Positions 28,141-37,391 of a stretch of 64,000 nt of DNA are shown here, in pieces; within the stretch, counting starts at the first letter, position 1; each line of letters begins with the position of its first letter. Below the pieces are notes generated by a model that saw only the letters and a program-made list of their open reading frames with translations, made no database searches and had not been told where the DNA came from. This DNA comes from Nitrospiraceae bacterium (GTDB lineage: Bacteria > Nitrospirota > Nitrospiria > Nitrospirales > Nitrospiraceae), in assembly GCA_051293815.1 (NCBI GenBank), contig JBPKLU010000003.1, positions 327,426 through 391,425 on the forward strand, in the 5' to 3' direction. The position numbers were made by a program, and so were the translations under genes.

Positions 28141-28935
28141 GTGATGATCAAACAGGTTTTGACGATCGCCGGATCGGATTCCGGCGGCGGAGCCGGGATC
28201 CAAGCCGACATCAAGGCCATGTCGGCGAACGGCGTGTTTGCTCTGTCGGTGATTACGGCGATCACCGCGCAGAACACCGAGGAAGTCACCGATGTGTTCG
28301 AGCTGCCGACCTCGATCATCGCAGCCCAACTGGACGCCGTGTTCGACGACTTTGACATCGCCGCCGTCAAGACCGGGATGCTGTCTTCGGCCGAGATCAT
28401 CAAAGTCGTGGCCAACATGCTCAGGCCGCAAAACGTGACAAACCTGGTCGTCGATCCGGTCATGGTGTCCAAGACCGGTCACCCGCTGCTCAAGCCGGAT
28501 GCGATCGAGGCGCTGAAGGGCGAGTTGATCCCACTGGCGCTGGTCGTCACGCCCAACATCCATGAAGCGCAGCAGCTTTCCGGCATTGAGATCACGTCCC
28601 TGGCCGACGCGCGGCGCGCTGCGAAGGTGATCCACCAGTTGGGCTGTCGGCACGTCCTCATCAAAGGTGGCCATCTCATCAAGGAACGGGCAACGGACCT
28701 GCTCTACGACGGACGATTTTTTAACGTGTTCAAGGGTGAATACATCGACACCCCGCACACGCACGGCACCGGCTGCACGTTCGCCTCGGCGATCGCCGCG
28801 CAACTGGCCAGGGGGAAAACGTTGCCCGACGCGGTCCAGACCGCAAAAGCCTTTCTGACGGAAGCGATCCGTCATGGATTGGCAATTGGTCACGGCAGGG
28901 GGCCGACCAATCCTTTTTACTTTCTGGAGGGATAA
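28141..28935 (+). CDS. thiD: hydroxymethylpyrimidine/phosphomethylpyrimidine kinase
   Basis: [27 protein letters not shown]...[18 protein letters not shown], canonical ThiD. Confidence 0.92.
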   Translation: MMIKQVLTIAGSDSGGGAGIQADIKAMSANGVFALSVITAITAQNTEEVTDVFELPTSIIAAQLDAVFDDFDIAAVKTGMLSSAEIIKVVANMLRPQNVTNLVVDPVMVSKTGHPLLKPDAIEALKGELIPLALVVTPNIHEAQQLSGIEITSLADARRAAKVIHQLGCRHVLIKGGHLIKERATDLLYDGRFFNVFKGEYIDTPHTHGTGCTFASAIAAQLARGKTLPDAVQTAKAFLTEAIRHGLAIGHGRGPTNPFYFLEG

Positions 28936-28944
28936 CGTTCGACA

Positions 28945-30228
28945 ATGGCTCGACTGCAGATCCGTCCGTTGGTTTTTCTGCTGACCGGCTTCGGCTGGCT
29001 GGTGCTGTCTTCGCTCTTAGGTCTAGCGATTTTCATCGGAGTCGTCCGCGGGACGCCGCTCCCATCCTGGCTCCGCCTGCTGCACGTCCACGGGGCCTTG
29101 GTCGGCGGGGTCGCCCAGATGATTTTGGGCGCGATGTTGGCGTTCATCCCGCCGCTCCTCATGACAGGGCGTGAACGCCCCGGTTCGCATCCGTTTCTGT
29201 ACCTCGCCGTCAATGGCGGAGCCATCGGGATGCTGATCGGTTTCGCGCTGCAGCGCCACCTGATTGTCGGCGTCGCCGGGCTGTTTGTCTTCACAGCCTT
29301 TGTCTCATTGGCGGGCGACGCGCTCAGACAGGCGCGTCGCAGCCTGAACTCCCCCCCGCTGAATCTCCTTTTCTACGGGTTGGCGCTACTGGCATTATTC
29401 GCCGGATTGGCGATAGGAGAAGGGATGGCGTTTCAGCTCTTCGCTCCGACTTCCATCGCTCACGCTCGATTGGCCCATATTCACCTTAACTTGTTGGGCT
29501 TCGTCATGCTGACCATTGTGGGCACCATGCACAATCTGTTGCCGACGGTGCTGCAGGCTTCGCTCTACAGCGCTGGTCTTGCCCGCGCGGTCTTCCTCCT
29601 GTTGCCCGTGGGCATCGTTACGCTGGTCACGGGCTTTTTCCTCTCCTCACTCTGGACGGAAATCGCCGGGGGCGGCGTGTTGGTCGTCGGAACCGTGCTC
29701 TATGCCTACAACATGTTGCGGACCTGGCTTGCAGCCGGCAAACCTGGCGGCGCTGCTTCGGATCATCTGCTCGTCGCCACGTTTTTTCTTCTTCTCGCTG
29801 TCATCATGGGAGTCCTTGTGACGGTAAACTACCTCTGGGACCCGCCAGCGGTTCCTTTCGGCATCTTGCATATGGTCGCCTATACCCATATGGCGCTCGT
29901 CGGGTTCGTCCTCCAAACCATCTTCGGCGCGCTGTCACACTTGTTGCCGGTGAGTTTGGCAGTGGCACGGGTGGCGAGCAACAAGAAGCGTGGTCCCTAC
30001 CTGGAACGGCTCACACAGATCGTCGATCGTTGGCGAGCGATCCAGATCCTCGCTCTGAGCCTGGGGACGTTGGGGTTGGCCGTGGTAGCCTCTCTCACCT
30101 GGAGCCTCCCGCTCGGTTCGCTCGCCGTTCAAGCCGCCGCATGGGCCAGCTCTAGTTTGCTGTTGTTGAGCTTTCTCCTGTTCGCGGTGAAGATCGGCCA
30201 CCTGCTAGGGGCACGCCCGGCAGCGTAA
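28945..30228 (+). CDS. 12-TM membrane protein with internal 3 x 4-helix repeat and conserved His motifs (NnrS / heme-copper-oxidase-like)
   Basis: 427 aa. Three equivalent helices carry LLHVHGALVGGVAQMILGAMLAFIPP, LAHIHLNLLGFVMLTIVGTMHNLLPT and VAYTHMALVGFVLQTIFGALSHLLPV. Confidence 0.55.
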   Translation: MARLQIRPLVFLLTGFGWLVLSSLLGLAIFIGVVRGTPLPSWLRLLHVHGALVGGVAQMILGAMLAFIPPLLMTGRERPGSHPFLYLAVNGGAIGMLIGFALQRHLIVGVAGLFVFTAFVSLAGDALRQARRSLNSPPLNLLFYGLALLALFAGLAIGEGMAFQLFAPTSIAHARLAHIHLNLLGFVMLTIVGTMHNLLPTVLQASLYSAGLARAVFLLLPVGIVTLVTGFFLSSLWTEIAGGGVLVVGTVLYAYNMLRTWLAAGKPGGAASDHLLVATFFLLLAVIMGVLVTVNYLWDPPAVPFGILHMVAYTHMALVGFVLQTIFGALSHLLPVSLAVARVASNKKRGPYLERLTQIVDRWRAIQILALSLGTLGLAVVASLTWSLPLGSLAVQAAAWASSSLLLLSFLLFAVKIGHLLGARPAA

Positions 30229-30550
30229 CGGAGCGGACTTTCCCGAACATCCTCTCTTCTACGCCTCGCTCCGTGTCCAGCCGTGCAAACCGGTTAGATC
30301 ATCAGCCTCAGAGCAGGAATTTCAGTCTCATAGCTTTCCCTCTCTATGCCGTGCTCTTTGTCGAAACGCAGCCCTGCCATCGACGGCCGTGGACTACGTT
30401 TCAGGGGGTAACCACACGAACACCCGAGAAGGCTAGCATGCCTGACCGAATCGCCGACATCGTTCCCGAGCCTTGGCAAAGCCTATTTGACGTTCTGACC
30501 ATCCCGCCGTCGTGGATTTCCGGCAGACAACAGGCGCTCATGTCCTTTGT

Positions 30551-31133
30551 GCGATCGCCAGCGACCGGATGGTGGGCTGGCATGTCTTCTTCCTGCGTCT
30601 CTTTCCCATTTTCCGTTCTGGATCGGCGCCGTGCGAGTGCACGCGCCTCCCGTTGTACACGCTGCCCTCCGGTCGGGACATAGCAGATCCTCAAGATGTC
30701 GTTGCTCACCTGGTGGGACGCCGCACTCGCCGTCTGGATGCATGGGGTCGGATCGGCGTGATGTATCACGGTAAGGACCGGCTGGTTCTTCACGTCGGGA
30801 CATCGAGCGCTCAAGTTCCTGGTACCCCCTGAAGCACCTCGCGATCCTGTCCTTCAAGATGCCGGGCCGAATGACCTTCAGCTACATTCAGCCCGGCATG
30901 CCTGAACCGCCTTCGTGCTGCTGATCTTTGGGGATCTCCTCGAGGCGAGGATTTTCACGGAAAAGCACAGAAGGCCAAGTCCACACTGGACATCGGCGTG
31001 GCGCCAGCTTTCCATTCAGACATTCCGGCTGCTCCGAGAGTGTGGTATCGTTCCTCGCCCATTACACTTACGGCCACCTCAACGAGTTGGCAGGCTGGGC
31101 AAGCCACAAGCGTGGTTCGTCGCCAGCATCTGA
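30551..31133 (+). mobile_element. possible decayed IS3-family (DDE/rve) transposase remnant spread over several frames
   Basis: Fragments in different + frames resemble rve landmarks: AIASDRMVGWHV (first-D region), LVLHVGTSSAQ (HSDxGsq-like), FSYIQPGMPEP (IQPGKPxQN) followed after a frame change by AFVLLIFGDLLE (NAFVESFNGxLRxE). There is no intact ORF. Confidence 0.3.
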
Positions 31134-31557
31134 GGCAAGAATCTCAGCGAGCCGAAAACCTTACTCCCGATCCATGACTTCGAGAACAAGGACGTCGCCC
31201 GGATCGAGGCGGACCTGCGAACGTGGTTTTCTCCCACGGACACCGTCACAGACTTCACCCCATTTCCCCAGAAAGTCGCGCGCATCACCAAAAGAACGGA
31301 ATCTCGTCCTCGCACTGCGCAATGCAACGCGGCCATGTTCCGCATGAGCGCGTGCGGCTCTGGACGGTAGACGCCGAGAGCGTAAAGAACTGGAAGCAAA
31401 CACCGTAGCCTGGCGAGGACCTACACGAACAGAAGCGGTTCTGCAGGTGGCTGCGTGATACCGTCGATTTCCGCGTCCGCTCCGGCACAGTCCAATCCCA
31501 GAGCAGTCCCACGCATGCATCGGACAAGCCTGTTCCAGGTCTGGTACAATACCCCGC

Positions 31558-32349
31558 GTGGAACAGGCTTTTTCCTTTTCCGACCCTTATCGGCGCAAGG
31601 TCGCCGCGATCCTTGCGACACCCGAGCAACCGACCGACCGCGTCGTCGTGCTGTGTCACGGATTTCTCTCCCACAAGAACAGCACGACCAATACGACGCT
31701 CACCCGCCTCCTGACGGACAAGGGCATCGCGACATTCCGGTTTGATTTTTTCGGCATGGGTGAAAGCACCGGCCCATTCGAAGACATCACGGTTGCGGCG
31801 GCTGTCGATCAGGCGCTTGCAGCCCTCGAGTGCGTGGCCGATCGCGGGTTTCGCCGCATCGGACTGGTCGGCTCCAGTTTTGGAGGTTTGGTCTCTATCT
31901 TCGCTGCATCGCGCTGGCCAGGAACAGCCAGGTCGCTGTTGGCCTGTCTGGCACTGAAGTGCCCGGTCGTGGATTTTGCAGAAGAATTACGGCTGGAATT
32001 TGGCGACGGCGAGATGGCGAAGTGGAAAACGACCGACACCATCCCTAACATCCTGGGCGGGTCCGGTCGGGTCAGACTGCGTTATGCTTTTTACGAAGAC
32101 TGCCTGCGGCACATCGCCTATGATCCGGCCGCCTCCATTATGGCGCCGACGCTGATTGTCCAAGGGGATCAGGATCAACATGTCCCGCCGCATCAAAGCC
32201 GCCGCCTGTACGAGGCGCTGCGGATCCCAAAGCGCCTGGAGATTGTGCCCGGCGCCGACCACCAGTTCACCAAGGCGGAAGACTTCCGTACCATGACGAG
32301 GTTGATTGCAGAATGGCTGATTCGTCACCTGTCGCGAGTTGAAGAGTAG
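31558..32349 (+). CDS. alpha/beta hydrolase (dienelactone hydrolase / S9-like)
   Basis: VVVLCHGFLSHK, GLVGSSFGG nucleophile elbow, and C-terminal GADHQF. Confidence 0.75.
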   Translation: MEQAFSFSDPYRRKVAAILATPEQPTDRVVVLCHGFLSHKNSTTNTTLTRLLTDKGIATFRFDFFGMGESTGPFEDITVAAAVDQALAALECVADRGFRRIGLVGSSFGGLVSIFAASRWPGTARSLLACLALKCPVVDFAEELRLEFGDGEMAKWKTTDTIPNILGGSGRVRLRYAFYEDCLRHIAYDPAASIMAPTLIVQGDQDQHVPPHQSRRLYEALRIPKRLEIVPGADHQFTKAEDFRTMTRLIAEWLIRHLSRVEE

Positions 32350-32459
32350 CCTCATCAGCCCTCGACTCACTCGCGTGGCTGGACACGAGCCGATAGCGGT
32401 GAAGAGTCCAAACCCATTGGTCGCTTGCTACCAGCTACCCCGCCTTTTGGCAGCAAAGG

Positions 32460-32729
32460 ATGCCTGATTGGCCGGCTCGTGGAGAAAGAGAACGGGAGGT
32501 GCTGAACATCCTGTATCCTTGGTACAAGGGAGAGGTGTTCCGCCGGAGGGATCAGATGATGCGTCTGCCCGCCTTTACCAGCGCCTTCCTCGTGCTGCGA
32601 CTCGTGACCATGTTGGCCGTCCCGGACGGGCCTCGCCGAGACGGGACCGGCACGTTGTTCGCCGTGACCAGCGTGATGCTGTTCTCGGGCGTCTTCGGCT
32701 ACTTAATCCTCCAGCCGCGCGACCGTTAA
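32460..32729 (+). CDS. small hypothetical membrane protein
   Basis: 89-aa ORF with two predicted TM segments. The RBS is weak. Confidence 0.35.
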   Translation: MPDWPARGEREREVLNILYPWYKGEVFRRRDQMMRLPAFTSAFLVLRLVTMLAVPDGPRRDGTGTLFAVTSVMLFSGVFGYLILQPRDR

Positions 32730-33191
32730 CCAGACGGCGAAACACACGCCCATCGAGATTGAGCGGGCGCTCGGCCTCTACAGAAGAAGGCCTCTCCCTA
32801 TCGGACAAACCCCTCTATCCGGGAGGCTAGCAGACAGCCTGGCTGGGTGATCGCAGCGTCACCGTCTATTTTCGGTGGTGACAGCACTGACCGTGCTGGT
32901 GATCACGGCCGTCCTTCTTTGGACCTGACCTTCGCCCACTGGCTCGTGCTCACGAAATCTCTTCTTTATTTGCCCAACCCCGTACCAGTTGGTCCTCGAC
33001 CGCAGGGATATTCAGTCAGACATGGCCCGTGGCCCAGTGGATGTCGATGGCCTACCTCGCCAAACGAATCGGTCATTTGGAATTCCGAAGAACAACAACG
33101 GCATGAAGACAATGATCCTTTCCGGCCTGGGCAGGCATGTGTATCGCTAGTGTGATGCGGATTTTTCAATGACGCTCTCAACGGATATTTT

Positions 33192-33848
33192 TTAAATCCT
33201 CCCTCCCACCACCCAGTGCCGGTCATCAATCACATCGACCAGCAGATGGGTCAGGCTCAATTCGGCCAACTGTGCGGCGACCTCATCCTCGGTGAACGCC
33301 GCCCGCAGTGAGTTGTAAAAGTCCCGTCGCAGGATCGCCGGCTCGCCCGCGGCGTACCGATCGACAATGGCTTGGGCTGCCTCCGGCGACTCGGGCCGGA
33401 TCAGATCCATTACCAGCACACAGCCGCCGGGTTTGACCACTTGCTTGAGCTTGTACCAGAACTGCAAGGGATTCGGGAGATGGTGCAGCAAACTGTTTGA
33501 GACGGCGGCCTCAACTGGCTCCGGCACCGTTACCTGTTGGATGCGTTCGCACCGCAGCGTGATGCGATCCGCCAAACCGGCCGCCTGCACGGCCTCCCGG
33601 GCCAGACGGATCATAGGGGCCGACGCGTCCACACCGCTCACACGACACCGCGGCAAGGCACGGGCCAGGCGAATAGGAATATCGGCCGGCCCGCACCCTA
33701 GATCCAGCACATGGCCTTCCGTCAGATCCGGGAAATATTCCCGGAACAGCGCGACGAAGGTCTGATTCTCTTTCTCGAAATTCGCCCGTGCATAGACCAC
33801 CGCTTGCTCGGGATCGTCCATGATTTCGGGTTCGAGAATCCGATCCAT
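33192..33848 (-). CDS. class I SAM-dependent methyltransferase
   Basis: VLDLGCGPADIPIRLA motif I. 218 aa. Confidence 0.8.
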   Translation of the reverse strand: MDRILEPEIMDDPEQAVVYARANFEKENQTFVALFREYFPDLTEGHVLDLGCGPADIPIRLARALPRCRVSGVDASAPMIRLAREAVQAAGLADRITLRCERIQQVTVPEPVEAAVSNSLLHHLPNPLQFWYKLKQVVKPGGCVLVMDLIRPESPEAAQAIVDRYAAGEPAILRRDFYNSLRAAFTEDEVAAQLAELSLTHLLVDVIDDRHWVVGGRI

Positions 33849-33882
33849 GTGCGCCCAGCTATCCGTTATCCGCTATCGGGTT

Positions 33883-35313
33883 TCAACCTTCGGCTCGGAA
33901 TGGGACTCGCTGCTCTTCGGCTGAACGCTGATGGCCGACAACGCATTCGATGAAAACAGGGTCCCCTGTCCGCACCGTTCCTTCAGCCAGCACCCTCGCA
34001 TAGAATCGGCTCCACCCCGGATAGCGCTTGTGCGAAATCCGTTTGTAGTCCCCGTTCAGAAACCAGCGGGCGTTCTGTTCACAGGGTGCCGCATAGTCGG
34101 TGATCTCTAGCCTCACTCGCTCACCGACTCTCAACCGGTCGCCCGGTTTCAGTTGGGCCCAGTCCAACCCGGCCAACGTGAGATTTTCGCCGGCCGAGCC
34201 AGGTACGATCGAATGCCCCTCAGCCCGCAGCGCCTCGATGACTTCCAGCGAGTACAGGCAGACCGCCCGCTCAGGCCCTCCATGAATGCCCGGACGACGC
34301 TGACGGTCGCCGCTCACCCCGTGGACACTGATGTGCGCCTGGGGCACCGGATGTTTCGGCACCCCACCGTCGGAGACATTGATCTGATGAAGGTGCGGAA
34401 CAGCCGGCCGTACCAGACGGTCCATGCGGTCATTCCCCGCGCACGAATCCGGAGCGAGAATTTCCAGCGCCAACCACCCATCGCGCTCGCGCACGCGCCC
34501 GACGTGCCCGCCCACGGCCGAGAAGGCGCCGGCGACCTCCGCCTGCTGATCGACCAGGATCCCGGAAAGCAACACCCTGGCGCCGCGGCGCAGGTATGGA
34601 CCGAACGCCGGTGCCAAGTCGACCAGCGTGCCCCGGTCGAGATTTGCGATAACCCAGTCGTACGCCGGATGCTGCTGCGGATCCAACTGCTCCAGCGCGG
34701 CAGTCTCCAGCTCTAACTCCGAACCGAAGCCGTTCATGACCGCGTATTCACGCGCGCAGTCCACGGCAATCGGGTCGATATCGATCCCCAAGGCCCGCCC
34801 GGCGCCGAGCCGGAGGGCGACCATTGCCAGGATGCCGCTTCCCGTCCCTACGTCCAATACAGACTCGCCCCCGCGAATGACCTCCTCCAACCATTCGATC
34901 AACATCCGGGTGGTGGCGTGGTGCCCAGTGCCGAAAGCCTGTTTCGGATCGATGATCAGTTCGATGTCGTCGAACTGAAGCTCCGCAGGCCGCCAGCTTG
35001 GCCGGATCACAACGCGCCGACCGACGCGGATCGGCTCGACGGACTGCACCCAGAGCCGGTTCCAATCTCGATCCGGCAGTCGATCGATCGTCATTCGCCC
35101 TTCCACTTCCCGCTCGCCGAGATCCTTCAACACCGCCAGCAGATTCTGCAAGATATCGGGATTCCAGCGTGCGGCCGGCCAATACAAATGGATCATGTCG
35201 GGCTCCTGCCACGCACCCTGGACAGCCGGATCGTTCAGCAACGAGACCAATTCCCCCGCATCAACCGACGATCGGATCCGCACTTCAACCCATGCGTTCA
35301 TCATCAGACTCAT
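33883..35313 (-). CDS. prmA: fusion of ribosomal protein L11 methyltransferase (PrmA) with a C-terminal MOSC domain
   Basis: PrmA part: IDPKQAFGTGHHATTRMLIEWLE...VLDVGTGSGILAM. MOSC part: INVSDGGVPKHPV...VSGDRQ...HGGPERAVCLYS...GENLTLAGLD...PC. It is one uninterrupted frame. Start set at ATG 35313. Confidence 0.7.
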   Translation of the reverse strand: MSLMMNAWVEVRIRSSVDAGELVSLLNDPAVQGAWQEPDMIHLYWPAARWNPDILQNLLAVLKDLGEREVEGRMTIDRLPDRDWNRLWVQSVEPIRVGRRVVIRPSWRPAELQFDDIELIIDPKQAFGTGHHATTRMLIEWLEEVIRGGESVLDVGTGSGILAMVALRLGAGRALGIDIDPIAVDCAREYAVMNGFGSELELETAALEQLDPQQHPAYDWVIANLDRGTLVDLAPAFGPYLRRGARVLLSGILVDQQAEVAGAFSAVGGHVGRVRERDGWLALEILAPDSCAGNDRMDRLVRPAVPHLHQINVSDGGVPKHPVPQAHISVHGVSGDRQRRPGIHGGPERAVCLYSLEVIEALRAEGHSIVPGSAGENLTLAGLDWAQLKPGDRLRVGERVRLEITDYAAPCEQNARWFLNGDYKRISHKRYPGWSRFYARVLAEGTVRTGDPVFIECVVGHQRSAEEQRVPFRAEG

Positions 35314-35468
35314 GTAAGGCTCTAGGCAATCGCGATGGGTCGAGGCGGAGGCAGCACGGTTCAATTCTTATGGTTTGGTTCTCCGACCATCGCCTACCGC
35401 CTCACGCCCATCTTTTTCAATTTTTTTCAATATTGACCTGACCGGATGCAACCAGTATCGTCGCTGGC

Positions 35469-37352
35469 ATGTCACCATTGTCGGATCGGGATCCAACCAA
35501 ACCCAACCGCGAGCGCCTGCTGCAACGGCTGGTGGGCAGGCTCGACCGCCTGCACCAACGGGGGACGACTGCCAGCAACCTTGTGACCCGGTGGCGGCTA
35601 GTGATCTTCATGGCCGGGGCGCTCTGCACGATCATTCCTTACAAACTCGGCTGGTACCACGTCGGCAACATGGCGCTGGCGGTATTCGTCGTCGTGTTCG
35701 CCGCGGTCGCGCGGTATCATAACAGGCTCGAAGAGCGCTTGCATCGCCTGCGACTGTGGCGAGAGATCAAACGGACTCACCTGGCCCGTCTGACGCTCGA
35801 GTGGGACAAGATTCCAGCCCGGCCCACATTGCCGATCACTCAACACCCCTATGCCCTCGACTTGGATCTCGTCGGTCCGCACTCGCTTTTGCAGTTGCTC
35901 GACACAACGGTGTCATCGAACGGTCGCGAGCGTCTCTCGGCTTGGTTGCTGTCCCAGCCGTTCGATCCCGCCGCCTGGAGAAACCGGCAGGCGCTCACCA
36001 GAGAACTCACCTCGCGGTCTTTGTTCCGGGACCGATTGGTTCTCGAAGCGAAACTGGTCGGGGACGACGAGGAAATCAACGGCCGACGACTGCACGCCGC
36101 CCTGTGCACACCCATCCATTATCCCGGTCTAAAAACGCTGCTGGGCATCCAGACTGGATTGGCGGCGACTTCCCTGCTGCTGGCATCGGGATCTGTGCTG
36201 AATTGGCTGCCGAATTATTGGATGCTGTCGTTCGGCGCTTATGTGCTGGTGCACCTGCTGTTCGCGGGGCGCGGCGAGGAAATCTTCGAGAAAGCTGTCG
36301 GCATTCATCTCCAATTGGAAAAACTGGGCAGGGTCTTTACCGCTCTCGAACGTCGATCCTATCGCGCCACGCCTGTGCTGGGCCGTTTGTGCGCGCCTGC
36401 CTTGGGCAGGGATCTGAGGCCTTCCGACGCAATCCGCCGCGCCGCCGCGATCATGCACCGGCTCAGCGTGCGCGCCAATCCAGTGATTCATCTGGCCGTC
36501 AACGCTGTCGGCCCCTGGGATTTGTTTTACACGCAGAAACTCCGACGCTTGCAACGTCTCATCCTGTCCCGCCTCCCCCTCTGGCTCGAAACGCTGGCAG
36601 AACTGGAGGCCGCCTCGGCCCTTGCCACCTTCGCGTATCTGCACCCGGAGTATTCATGGCCTATTCCGGCTTTTCCGCCCGAGGCGGCGGAGCACAATGG
36701 CTATCCGGCGACGTTGGTCGCCCTCCGACTCGGCCACCCTTTGCTCCGACCGGACCGGCGGATCGCAAATGATCTGGATTTGCGCGGAGCTGGGCGGATC
36801 ATTCTGATCACCGGGTCCAATATGTCCGGCAAGAGCACATTCTTGCGGACCGTCGGGATCAATGTGTGCCTGGCTCAAGCCGGCGCTCCCGTCTGCGCCG
36901 ACCGGTTCGAATGGAGTTGGGTACGGCTGGCTTGCTGCATTCGCGTGGATGATTCGCTCGAAGCGGGCCTCTCCTTCTTTTACACGGAGGTGAAGCGACT
37001 CAAAACGATTCTCGACGAGACGCGCAACCGGTCGGCACCGCCGGTGCTGTTTCTGATCGATGAAATCTTGAAAGGCACCAACAACCGGGAGCGATTGACC
37101 GGCAGCCGCGCCTATATCGCCGCGCTGGCCCGCGGCAACGGCTTCGGGTTGGTAACCACCCACGATTTGGAATTGACCGAGTTGGAACAGCAGATTCCAC
37201 ATCTGACCAATGCACACTTCCAGGAAACGGTGGCAGCCGGCGCGTTGCAGTTCGATTACCGGTTGCGCGAAGGCCCCTGCCCCACCACCAACGCGCTACG
37301 GATCATGGCGCTGGAAGGGTTGCCGGTGGAGGACATGCGGTCGCCGTCATGA
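35469..37352 (+). CDS. membrane-anchored MutS-related ATPase (MutS domain V only)
   Basis: N-terminal TM helices. C-terminal ILITGSNMSGKSTFLRTVGINVCLAQAG, SFFYTEV, LFLIDEILKGTN and TTHDLEL are the MutS ABC-ATPase motifs. No mismatch-binding domain is visible. Confidence 0.75.
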   Translation: MSPLSDRDPTKPNRERLLQRLVGRLDRLHQRGTTASNLVTRWRLVIFMAGALCTIIPYKLGWYHVGNMALAVFVVVFAAVARYHNRLEERLHRLRLWREIKRTHLARLTLEWDKIPARPTLPITQHPYALDLDLVGPHSLLQLLDTTVSSNGRERLSAWLLSQPFDPAAWRNRQALTRELTSRSLFRDRLVLEAKLVGDDEEINGRRLHAALCTPIHYPGLKTLLGIQTGLAATSLLLASGSVLNWLPNYWMLSFGAYVLVHLLFAGRGEEIFEKAVGIHLQLEKLGRVFTALERRSYRATPVLGRLCAPALGRDLRPSDAIRRAAAIMHRLSVRANPVIHLAVNAVGPWDLFYTQKLRRLQRLILSRLPLWLETLAELEAASALATFAYLHPEYSWPIPAFPPEAAEHNGYPATLVALRLGHPLLRPDRRIANDLDLRGAGRIILITGSNMSGKSTFLRTVGINVCLAQAGAPVCADRFEWSWVRLACCIRVDDSLEAGLSFFYTEVKRLKTILDETRNRSAPPVLFLIDEILKGTNNRERLTGSRAYIAALARGNGFGLVTTHDLELTELEQQIPHLTNAHFQETVAAGALQFDYRLREGPCPTTNALRIMALEGLPVEDMRSPS

Positions 37353-37391
37353 GCGAAGCTGGCGGCTGGGTGCGCAGGCGATGTCTCGCCT

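Noticed and set aside
28051-28893. 280-aa minus-strand ORF
   Set aside because: It is antisense to canonical thiD.
31160-31400. AbrB/MazE-type antitoxin on the minus strand
   Set aside because: The resemblance (…VTVSVGENHV / RSQVRLDPGDVLVLEV…) needs a frameshift and covers only about 35 residues. No toxin partner is visible. It is mentioned only as part of the decayed region.
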